A DNA stretch of 51,774 nucleotides from Candidatus Krumholzibacteriia bacterium (GCA_023270185.1 JAGLCY010000066.1:1-51774); one strand, 5' to 3'. Numbered from the stretch's first letter, positions 30,601 through 37,003 are shown. The notes: generated from the sequence alone by a model not told the origin. Program-made: numbers and translations.

Positions 30601-31284
30601 AAATACGCCGAGGGTTCTACGCTGAGAGACCAGATCGGGTCGGTGACCAGGAGTGAAAAACGGGATTGGCCGGATGTTCAATTTTCTCTTTCCGGTATCG
30701 AAAAATGGAGGATTTTCGGCGGCAACAGCCAGGATGTGGATTCAGGCTGGTTCCGTTCCTCCAACTTCAACATCAGTTACAAGCAATCCAAGACGGTGAA
30801 CAATATTACCGACCGTTCCTACAACCCGAATACCACCCTGGCCATCACTCCGCGTTGGACGTTCAACTTCCACAGCGGAATGACCGCCACCGTCAATGCG
30901 AGCTTCAATAATTCCGAAGCGATCACCAACGGCGTTTCGACAATCAGCAACAAGATGCGCTTGGGTCTGCAGATGAGGCATTCCTTCAATGCCCAGACAT
31001 TCCTGGCCAAGCTGGGTCTTTACCAGCCGGGCAGCAGCCAGAGCGTGACCATGGATGTGGACCTATCATACCAGACGGACCGTAATGAACGAATCACCCC
31101 CGGCCTGGCGGCAGCCAAGCCGACCGGGACGAACAGGTACAGCATGGCGCCCAGGTTCAGTTACCAGATCACCAAAAACCTGAGTGGTGCGGTGCGATTC
31201 TCCTTCGGCCGGAGCGAGAACCTTGCTTCCGGGCAAACCACAACCTCCCTCGGGATGGGATTGGAGGCCACCTTTGTTTTCTAG
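24670..31284 (+). CDS. sprA: SprA/Sov-like giant outer-membrane beta-barrel (type IX secretion translocon family)
   Basis: ~2200 aa; signal peptide ending AQA; SprA-type segments QVNLSG.IGEKI, YQG.EDEIIK.IE.G.V.L.LP, GLFGLK..GQ.G, L.RGVDYEIDY.FGEV, YLEDFEG, WRKYRIPL; C-terminal beta-signal LEATFVF. Start uncertain (ORF open from 24565). Confidence 0.88.
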   Translation: MSLGNTGKPVLRSARGVDFGCSRAHPRDGLPSLFRSFVFLFALAAGLAILPVGIAQADPNYEGTILYGLDPVIRTTEDPRLLGVDRLVLLRRLEGLGIDPLRYPDRKPGLDAMFRHHFHSRSNVDLDRREHLVEYNGNLGLMSEFQYPSFFFLFPSAETLPGGFAYYPPRPTSDPVVRLFVDDLKSGVRRRHAVGQVFVKIEALDVAGHGRRTDQDTGLINLTIPIKLPRTLEKIIGRGEKTKIKITGRERIAISGESTVVNPFTPNERVSSQSLFPSLDMEQELQVNLSGVIGEKIIVEVDHNSAQVGPDATKIKLMYQGLEDEIIKTIETGDVGLTLPGSQLLGYSSNKSGLFGLKVTGQVGRADFTMVASKQKAETSSKTFNAVGGQISDNVINSSEYLNHRFFKLDLPLQEVPNGRFQGDQILLETIKIFRLMPGQPVGSDITNVAVYVDSLGFRNWGNIDFNKPHLFGRRWREIESGSWDPLRDADGHLIAVDLRSQMSDEDALAVIYDIKLADGSIVQVGDVPGQDGQTQIVEGGDGTYYRMKLLKAPVSAQETWSFQYVLRNIYSLGGANIDNATFDLRIERNEPGTNQPQQDENGLDYIRIFGLDRDDPQRNGYPDGLVDKWDPFIIDLQKGLLKFPLDFPMPFAPGGRPFGREGEADAIADSVFSAYADTSAFVWDPSFLKDHQTWQLYHPSIYPSEYNQHTSFRIIATHASASSNFNLGASNIEEGSETVNLDGATLTRGVDYEIDYTFGEVKLIGSAADKLTPDSKIAVNYQFAPFFGGGNKSLMGLNIGYDLGQSSKMSTTWLYETENIVGEKAKLGEEPSKNLVGNLNLQHTFRPYFLTHVANFISRRNTERESTIQFNGETAVSLPNSNTMGKVYLEDFEGVDASDTITLTRIGWSWASAPYLGSRYLADNPDSRSFDPEDRVGTVRWFLPKERTLRRYLNPDLINQERDETQPSMDMFIRADDGSWDPEDWGGIMRSISRTGLDLSKAQFVEIWVNDGVADLNQRRGKLHIDFGYIDEDGFWPVDVDGNIETGTRQLEDGIVEGSPRDDVFYAPDEDIGLDGNEFGPQKFDANFEINGDSPYPGINGTARNSREDDEDLNGDDQLNRDNGFFTATIDLKDTKPLVDVVYDYGDVQDLVAQNISWRKYRIPLTAVDTVSVGTAANLRAVTHARIWYEDINPGGRTALTLQMSEFKFLGSRWEREGIRRVDGEKLLTRPELLPNEEFFLGEVNNKENPDYHPPFAVIENNNIPEKEQSLVLNFTNIEQGHMVRASKQVSARGDDYTRYSDLSWYWYNPSHATADLDLFFRVGADTLNYYEVTYRFSDSPSKTGWHNMNISVAELSNAKNGTVDENGHIHSTVVDRRSRDVYRVRVVGRPDLRLVKRYYFGFMNNNLSQEASGYFYLNDVLLEGVKRDMGMAQRAGLRLNMADVINVDFDWKHTDDEFHGLNTKSGSGIDTEDWNVAGNLAVEDFIPLLGFRLPVTGSRRQMINRPKYETHSDIEILDEDVRNSLSTIDTQERFSSRLSHLPSKSALLRYMVDPWSLQIAGSRRRMNGPLEQRRDKSLQGSLNFDLRIPGEYNLGAYPLVGAIPIVKGLSIVPKKVAFVASFSATHNLSVTIDDNGVVTPRPVNQARPAKLNGSIDYQPLRILDLSVSANSDRDLLRELKWHGVNIGEENKRAYDLRMTILVPQARDLPSTKILAPIRTLARGASKLRPSIQFNGSFADAHDPGLRQPGDPDDIRSVSNGGRWEFRMDVPLGDAFGAVFPEKKYSQAERDKLIAEQRSRERQNLRAPGHQGDQPRPPGSGESPDNPDPPGNQDPQGRSTSQDDDLEGLTPEEVQRREQERLLEEAERQMEQDREQGLVKEEESVAEGGGGFNPLSILNPILNTLRNSTPVKVVYTDQNSSSYSRLLDTAPFWYKTGLVNELDVEDSQYSSYGSDNKVNLTLSTNTRITKDLALDLKYAEGSTLRDQIGSVTRSEKRDWPDVQFSLSGIEKWRIFGGNSQDVDSGWFRSSNFNISYKQSKTVNNITDRSYNPNTTLAITPRWTFNFHSGMTATVNASFNNSEAITNGVSTISNKMRLGLQMRHSFNAQTFLAKLGLYQPGSSQSVTMDVDLSYQTDRNERITPGLAAAKPTGTNRYSMAPRFSYQITKNLSGAVRFSFGRSENLASGQTTTSLGMGLEATFVF

Positions 31285-31295
31285 CAGGGTATTTC

Positions 31296-32254
31296 ATGAA
31301 CGGATCCGGAAGGATTTTTTCCGGAGACTGTTTCCTGTTCTCTTCTCGGTAGTTCTGGGTGGTTTCCCGGCGTTTTTTGCCTCCGGTGGGGAGCCAGTGC
31401 CGCTGCCGGATTTTTCCGGTGTCCGGACCATGGAACTTCTCACGGCACAGTGTGATCTGGGAACGCGTATCCCTGGATCCGAGGGTAATCGCCAACTGAG
31501 GGAGATGATTCTTGATCTGGCCCGGAAACATGGATTCACGACCCAGGTCCTTTGCTTCGAAGCTACCGATCCGATGACCGACCAACCGGTCCAGGTTTGC
31601 AACATCATCGTTTCCTCTGGGCCGGAGGAAGGCCAGCGGCTTTGGCTGGGGGCGCATTACGACACGCGGCCGGTCTGTGATCGGGATCCTGACCCTGAGT
31701 TGCGGTCAACGCCCCTGACCGGCGCGAATGATGGAGCCAGCGGTGTGGCGGTTCTGCTCCATCTCATGGAAATTCTGGGTGCTAACCCGCCGCCGCAGGG
31801 GGTCGATTTCCTGTTCTTCGACGGGGAAGATTCTGGTCTGGCGGGGGATCCGAGCGGGTTCTGTCTGGGAAGTCGACAACTGGCCGCGACTTGCCGTGAT
31901 TTCGGGAATCCCTTGTCCCAGGGAACCCCACGCGGCCTCATCGTCCTGGACATGGTGGGCAAGAAGAACCTTCAAATCCCCATGGAAGCCTATTCGCTGG
32001 TGAATGCCCCGGAGTGGACCGAAACGGTTTTCGACCGGGCTGCGCAACTGGGATTGGCCGCCTTTGTTCCGCTGCAGGGGCCTGGCGTCTACGACGATCA
32101 CGTGCCTTTTCTGGAAATGGGGATCCCCGCGGTGGATTTGATCGATTTCGATTTCCCCCAGTGGCACACGACAGGCGACACACCGGAGATCTGTTCCGCC
32201 GTCAGCCTGGCCGAAGTCGGACGACTGATGCTGGACCTTATTTACAACCCCTGA
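31296..32254 (+). CDS. M28-family zinc enzyme, glutaminyl cyclase-like; N-terminus possibly frameshifted
   Basis: GAHYDTRP, GANDGASG, FFDGED, LDMVG, DDHVPF, WHTTGD. The best ATG (31296) is out of frame with the main ORF at a T6 run; in-frame alternatives are GTG 31397 and ATG 31430. Confidence 0.82.
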
Positions 32255-32366
32255 CCGCGACGGTCATTGCGGGGATGCAATCGGAGCTAAATTGCCGCTC
32301 CGGGCGGCCGAAACAATAACCAGTTACGTTTTGTTTTTTTCCCGGAATTCTAGGAGGAGCGGGGTA

Positions 32367-32966
32367 ATGATCACCACCTGCACCGAATGCCAGGCGCGAT
32401 ATCAACTGGATGCTGAGAAAATCCCCCCTCGGGTGATCAAGGTCCGATGCCCCTCATGCGGGGGAGTATTCAGCCTTGATGGCAGCCTTGCCAAAAATCA
32501 GGCCCAGAAAGAGGAAACCCAGCCTCAGGTCAAACAGCCAGCGGTTCCCGAGCCGGCGGCAACGGTGCCTGCGACCCCCGAACCTGTCGCCACGGTTCCT
32601 GCGACCCCTGAGCCCGTAGCCACGGCCCCTGCGACCCCCGAGCCCGTAGCTACAGTGGATGCAGCCCCCAAAAAATCCTCAGCCAGCGTTGCCGTTATGG
32701 ATCGCCCGGCCCCGTCCAGTTCACGCCGGAGGCGCAGTAAAGAGGAAATGTTGGCGCGCGCTCTGGTTTCCGACATCATGGTCTACAATCAGGACCTCTA
32801 TGATCGGGCCAAGGCTGAGGGGAACCTTCTTGAGGCCCTGGGATCCGAAATCAAGAAGTCCTGGGAGCTTTACAAGGAAAAGGTGACACCGGAAGTTGCC
32901 AACAGCACCAATCACTTCCGGGATGCCCTGAATGAAATCCTGGCTGACGGAGATAAACTTTTCTGA
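32367..32966 (+). CDS. MJ0042-type zinc-ribbon protein with Pro/Ala/Thr linker and helical C-terminal domain (putative RomX-like)
   Basis: AGGAGG RBS; CTEC...VRCPSC zinc ribbon; C-terminal LARALVSDIMVYN...EIKKSWELYKEKV...HFRDALNEILA. Confidence 0.8.
   Translation: MITTCTECQARYQLDAEKIPPRVIKVRCPSCGGVFSLDGSLAKNQAQKEETQPQVKQPAVPEPAATVPATPEPVATVPATPEPVATAPATPEPVATVDAAPKKSSASVAVMDRPAPSSSRRRRSKEEMLARALVSDIMVYNQDLYDRAKAEGNLLEALGSEIKKSWELYKEKVTPEVANSTNHFRDALNEILADGDKLF
32547..32657 (+). repeat. 30-bp in-frame tandem repeat, ~3.7 copies (PEPVATVPAT)
   Basis: Units start at 32547, 32577, 32607 and 32637 (partial), e.g. CCCGAACCTGTCGCCACGGTTCCTGCGACC. Confidence 0.9.
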
Positions 32967-32982
32967 TTCTCCGCTCCTTTTC

Positions 32983-33025
32983 GAAAAAGAAAGCGCGGCT
33001 CCGTTTCCAGCGGAGCCGCGCTTCT
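32983..33025. terminator. Intrinsic terminator between convergent genes
   Basis: AAGCGCGGCTCCG-7nt-CGGAGCCGCGCTT perfect 13-bp stem; A-rich left flank gives a U-tract on the minus strand. Confidence 0.8.
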
Positions 33026-33047
33026 GTTCCCGTTCTGATGCCTGTTT

Positions 33048-33488
33048 TTAACTCGCGCCCTTGTCGCGGCTGATCTCGGTCAGGATTTCGTCGATCTGCT
33101 GACGAATCCGGACATTGTGATCGGGTTCGAACAGCGCTTGTTTTACCCGTCCCTTGTCATCCTTTTTGACGTATCTGAGGGATTGCAGGTCCTCCATCGA
33201 CATTAGGATGTCCTTGCTCACTCTGACTTCGACCGCAAGGCCTTCCTGATTGGCGCCGGGGTTGTGATAGGGATGCATTCCGTTGCCCCAACCGTGGACC
33301 ACCATCGAACAGAGAAGAGCTCGAAAGGTGTTTTGTCCCTTGACGGTTTCAAGGTCGAAACTTCCACCCACCCGGTCGGTCACGCTGTCGATGACCGCTG
33401 AGAGCTTGTGGATGATATCTTCTTCGACTTCGATTTGTAGCAGGCGGCCGAACATTGTTGTCAGGATTTTGTCGGTATTGGTGGTCAT
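33048..33488 (-). CDS. Hypothetical protein (146 aa)
   Basis: ORF with protein-like composition filling the gap between a terminator and a divergent promoter region; family not recognised. Confidence 0.75.
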   Translation of the reverse strand: MTTNTDKILTTMFGRLLQIEVEEDIIHKLSAVIDSVTDRVGGSFDLETVKGQNTFRALLCSMVVHGWGNGMHPYHNPGANQEGLAVEVRVSKDILMSMEDLQSLRYVKKDDKGRVKQALFEPDHNVRIRQQIDEILTEISRDKGAS

Positions 33489-33585
33489 CTGGCCACTTTC
33501 TGTTGCGAATCTTTCCTTTAAATGCCCGGAGGAAGCCTTAAATGGCCCACCGTGCGCTATTCAATCCCTTTGTTCGGTCGATCAT

Positions 33586-33601
33586 TGCAAATTGCTTGCC
33601 T
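33586..33601 (-). promoter_or_regulatory. Possible sigma-54 promoter for the 146-aa gene
   Basis: Minus strand AGGCAAGCAATTTGCA, GG-N10-GC spacing, imperfect -24 box. Confidence 0.4.
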
Positions 33602-33656
33602 ACTTTCGTTGGATCACCGATTCGGGGCCAAAATGGGGAGAAAGATGTTCAATCCA

Positions 33657-33672
33657 TGGCACAGGGATTGCA
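33657..33672 (+). promoter_or_regulatory. Sigma-54 promoter upstream of the MglA-like gene
   Basis: TGGCACAGGGATTGCA matches TGGCAC-N5-TTGCW. Confidence 0.72.
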
Positions 33673-33739
33673 TAAAATGGATTGAGGACTCTCTCCGCGA
33701 GTTCCGGAACCGTGGCCCATCCATGAAAAGGATGCCGAA

Positions 33740-34588
33740 TTGGCTGAGGAAATGATCACTTCGCAGAAGACTTGCCGTCTACTGTATTACGGACCCGCCG
33801 AGTCGGGTAAGCGGGCCAATCTGAGGCATATCCATCAGTCCATTCCCCCCGAGCACCTGTTGGCTCTGGCCAACGAGGATCCGGAGCGCCAGATCGCTTT
33901 CCGGGTCACTCATGGAAATGACGGGGACTGGCAGGTTCTTGTGCAAGCGGTGGATTCGGGCCAGGAACATTATCGGGCAGCGGCTACGCCCGAACGCGCT
34001 CCTTTCGACGGTATCGTGTTCGTGGTGGATTCCCGGCTGGAACAACTGGACCAGAGCCTGGCTGCCTTCGAGTCCCTGAAAACCTACCTTGATACATATG
34101 GCCTGGACCTGACCGAGGTTCCGGTCGTGATCCAGTACAACAACCGTGATAAATCCGATATCCTGCCTGTGGACAGGATGGAAAGTCTGCTCAATCCCTG
34201 GGGTCTTCTCTCTTTCCCCGCCAACGCGGTCAAGGGAGAGGGTGTCAGGGAGACACTGAAATCGGTGCTGGGTCTGACGGTCACCCATCTCAACGACAAG
34301 CCCGAGGACTCGACCCGTTCCACGGAGTTCGAAATCGCTGTTTCCCAGGACAACTCGGCCACGGCGACGGATATGGAAAGCGATAAAAGTGGGCTTGGCA
34401 TAGATTACGGTCCTCCCATCCCCGGGACGGAGATCCAGGATTCGACCAAAGCTCTCAGCGATGCCATCTTCGAGGAATTGCGACCGCCCGTGGTCATTCC
34501 CGTGAAGATTCCCAGGCGTCTGTTTTCGGGCGATGGGCCCATCAAAATCCTGTTGGAAATCGAAATCGACGACAGCTCGACCTTCTAA
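33740..34588 (+). CDS. MglA-like Ras-superfamily small GTPase, degenerate, with C-terminal extension
   Basis: CRLLYYGPAESGKRANL (MglA: CKIVYYGPGLCGKTTNL), GQ..Y, DGIVFVVDS, PVVIQYNNRD, A..GEGVRETL; TTG start with AAGGA RBS. Confidence 0.82.
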   Translation: MAEEMITSQKTCRLLYYGPAESGKRANLRHIHQSIPPEHLLALANEDPERQIAFRVTHGNDGDWQVLVQAVDSGQEHYRAAATPERAPFDGIVFVVDSRLEQLDQSLAAFESLKTYLDTYGLDLTEVPVVIQYNNRDKSDILPVDRMESLLNPWGLLSFPANAVKGEGVRETLKSVLGLTVTHLNDKPEDSTRSTEFEIAVSQDNSATATDMESDKSGLGIDYGPPIPGTEIQDSTKALSDAIFEELRPPVVIPVKIPRRLFSGDGPIKILLEIEIDDSSTF

Positions 34589-34613
34589 ACTGTCTCCCGC
34601 ACCTTTCCGGGCG

Positions 34614-34642
34614 TTGACCCCAGCCTTGTTCTGGGGTAGATT
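34614..34642 (+). promoter_or_regulatory. Putative sigma-70 promoter giving a leaderless TPR-gene mRNA
   Basis: TTGACC-N17-TAGATT; ATG 34649 is 7 nt past the -10 box; no SD sequence. Confidence 0.5.
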
Positions 34643-34648
34643 GCCCGC

Positions 34649-35524
34649 ATGAATAAACCAGCTCCTGAATATCCATCACCAGACGAGGGTCCCCGGTCCA
34701 GCGCCGAACTGTTCCAGGCCGGACGCAAGGCCGAACAGGCGGGCGAGCTCGAAAAAGCCCGTCAGGCCTACGAGCTTGCCCTCGCATCCACTCCGGACCA
34801 GCACCCCTGGCACTACAGGCTGGGCTGTGTGTTCATGAAACTCGACCTTCCTGAGCGCGCTGAGCATTGTTTCCATCGGGCCAATGAATTGGAACCGGGG
34901 ACGCCTGCCTACCTTACCAACCTGGGTGTGTGCCTGGACCGTCAAGGTCGTCGGGACGAGGCCGTCCGGGCCTACAGGAAATCGACTCACCAGGGTGGCG
35001 CCAGCCCTGTGGCCTTTCACAACCTGGGGGCTATCTACGCGGAGGAGGGACGGACCGACGAAGCCATCAGGGCTTTCGAGTCCGCCCTCGCCCTTGAGCA
35101 GGACGCCGAGGGATACATGAATCTGGGCCTTGTCCACTATGCCCGGGAGGACTTCGCGCGGGCCCTGGACTGTTTCGAACGCAGTGTCGAATGCGATCCG
35201 GGGTTTGCCCGTGGTCATTATTACGCCGCCCTTTGCCTGATGAAGAGTGGGATATACGGGGACGCCTGCCTGCGCTTCGATCTGGCCTGGAAACTTGATC
35301 CCCGCCTGGCGCGCATTCCCTACTATAGGGGAACTTGTCTCCATAAGCTTGAACGATACGAAGAGGCTCGCACCAGCCTGGAGAGTGCCCTGGAGTTTTT
35401 TCCCGAAGACGGTCGCACTCACTACCAGATAGCGCTCACCTGTGATGCGCTGGGCATGCCCCAGGAGGCAAGGTTGCATTACAGCCAGGCCCGAGCAGGG
35501 CACAGTGCCGGTGGCCATTCCTGA
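34649..35524 (+). CDS. Tetratricopeptide-repeat protein (~8 TPRs, cytoplasmic)
   Basis: Repeated NLG/LG....G...EA...F..AL...P 34-aa periodicity; no signal peptide. Confidence 0.9.
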   Translation: MNKPAPEYPSPDEGPRSSAELFQAGRKAEQAGELEKARQAYELALASTPDQHPWHYRLGCVFMKLDLPERAEHCFHRANELEPGTPAYLTNLGVCLDRQGRRDEAVRAYRKSTHQGGASPVAFHNLGAIYAEEGRTDEAIRAFESALALEQDAEGYMNLGLVHYAREDFARALDCFERSVECDPGFARGHYYAALCLMKSGIYGDACLRFDLAWKLDPRLARIPYYRGTCLHKLERYEEARTSLESALEFFPEDGRTHYQIALTCDALGMPQEARLHYSQARAGHSAGGHS

Positions 35525-35595
35525 TCCAACCCATTTAAAATGCGAGGTCACCGTGATGGGCCTGCACGGGTTTCTCAACAGCGAGGTAACCAACC

Positions 35596-36381
35596 GTGGT
35601 TGAAATCCTGAACATGCTTCTGTTGGCCGTGGTCCAGGGGCTGACTGAATTTTTGCCTGTCAGCAGTTCCGGTCATCTGGTCCTGTTTCAATATTTTCTG
35701 GGTGTCAGGGAGGGAGATGTCTTCTTCGACGTTCTCCTGCACGTCGGAACCCTGGGATCCATCCTGGTGGTCTACCGGCGTGAGATCCTGCGGCTGCTTA
35801 AGTTTGATCGGGCGGCCACGGGATACCTGGTAAGCCTGGCGGTGGGCACCTTGCCGGCGGTTGCCGTTGGTCTTCTGCTAAAGAGTCATATAGAAGAGCT
35901 CTACCATAGCCCTTTGGTTGCCGCCGGGGGGCTGGTGTTCACTGCTGCTGTTCTTTTCTCCACCCGTTTTTCCCGTTCCTCGCAGCCACTCGATGACCCA
36001 TGGGAGCCTCATCCTGTCGCCCTTGGGCGCGCGTTGTTGATAGGTATCGCGCAGGGTTTTGCCATCCTGCCGGGTATCAGCCGCTCCGGCTCAACCATTG
36101 CCGCCGCTCTGTGGGCTGGTTTGCCTCGTGCCGAAGCCGCCCGGTTCAGTTTTTTGCTGTCCATTCCCGCGGTTGGAGGGGCTCTTGTCCTGCAATTGAT
36201 GGACGGTCAGACTTCGAGCCCCGGTGAGACAGGGAGGCTGCTTCTGGCAGGTCTGGCCGCCTTCGCCGTGGGACTGTTGGCCATCAGGTGGACGGCGCTG
36301 GCCGTTGTTCAGGCCCATTTCTGGAAATTCAGCTTCTATTGTTTGTTTGTCGGTGTGGCGGTTCTGCTTGTTCTTGGCTGA
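35596..36381 (+). CDS. uppP: Undecaprenyl-diphosphate phosphatase (BacA)
   Basis: VQGLTEFLPVSSSGHL, PGISRSGST, AARFSFLLSIPA. Confidence 0.96.
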   Translation: MVEILNMLLLAVVQGLTEFLPVSSSGHLVLFQYFLGVREGDVFFDVLLHVGTLGSILVVYRREILRLLKFDRAATGYLVSLAVGTLPAVAVGLLLKSHIEELYHSPLVAAGGLVFTAAVLFSTRFSRSSQPLDDPWEPHPVALGRALLIGIAQGFAILPGISRSGSTIAAALWAGLPRAEAARFSFLLSIPAVGGALVLQLMDGQTSSPGETGRLLLAGLAAFAVGLLAIRWTALAVVQAHFWKFSFYCLFVGVAVLLVLG

Positions 36382-36412
36382 TCGGGGGAGGCAGACGTGG
36401 GGTTTCGCCTGA

Positions 36413-36793
36413 TCAAACCACCGGGCTGGGTGAGAGAATCTCCGCCAGGGTAGTGGTTACGCGGTCGTGGTCGAAAGGTTTGATGATGAAGTCCCTGGCC
36501 CCGGCCTTGATGGCGTTCAGGACCTGGTCTTTCTGACCGAGGGCGGTGATCATGACAACCTGGGCCTGGGGATCTTCGGCCAGGATTGCCTTCAGGGCTT
36601 CAGTGCCGTCCAGGTTCGGCATGGTGATGTCGAGCAGCACCAGGTCGGGGCGGAGCTTCCGGTACTGGGCGATGGCTTCCTTGCCGTCACCGGCTTCACC
36701 GGCGACGGTCCACTCCATGTCCTCGATAATCTGGCAAAGGATGGCCCGCATGAATGCGGCGTCGTCCGCGATGAGGATGGTGTGGCCCAACAT
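36413..36793 (-). CDS. cheY: Stand-alone CheY-type response regulator
   Basis: ILIADDAAFMR, PDLVLLDITMP, MITALGQ, AGARDFIIKPF (Bacillus/Thermotoga-type CheY pattern); GGAGGT RBS before ATG 36793. Confidence 0.8.
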   Translation of the reverse strand: MLGHTILIADDAAFMRAILCQIIEDMEWTVAGEAGDGKEAIAQYRKLRPDLVLLDITMPNLDGTEALKAILAEDPQAQVVMITALGQKDQVLNAIKAGARDFIIKPFDHDRVTTTLAEILSPSPVV

Positions 36794-37003
36794 GTACCTC
36801 CAACAGTAACAATCATCCTGGGATCCGGGACAAAAATGCCGGCACCCTTTGGAAATTTTATTGTTTACCCTGAACCATCGTGTCAACAAAATGATCGTCC
36901 GAACCGTCTATGACTTTAGATTGAATGGTATATGCTGAGTCCAGGCCAGACGGCCGCGGCCCGATGACCGGTTCTTTTCCGATTCCAAACGGAGGTTGTG
37001 AAC

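Noticed and set aside
31184-31295. ORF-track start of the M28 gene inside sprA
   Set aside because: It overlaps the sprA 3' end by 100 nt with no RBS; the true start is downstream of 31284.
32547-32657. Possible CRISPR-like array
   Set aside because: Contiguous in-frame coding repeats with no spacers and no cas genes.
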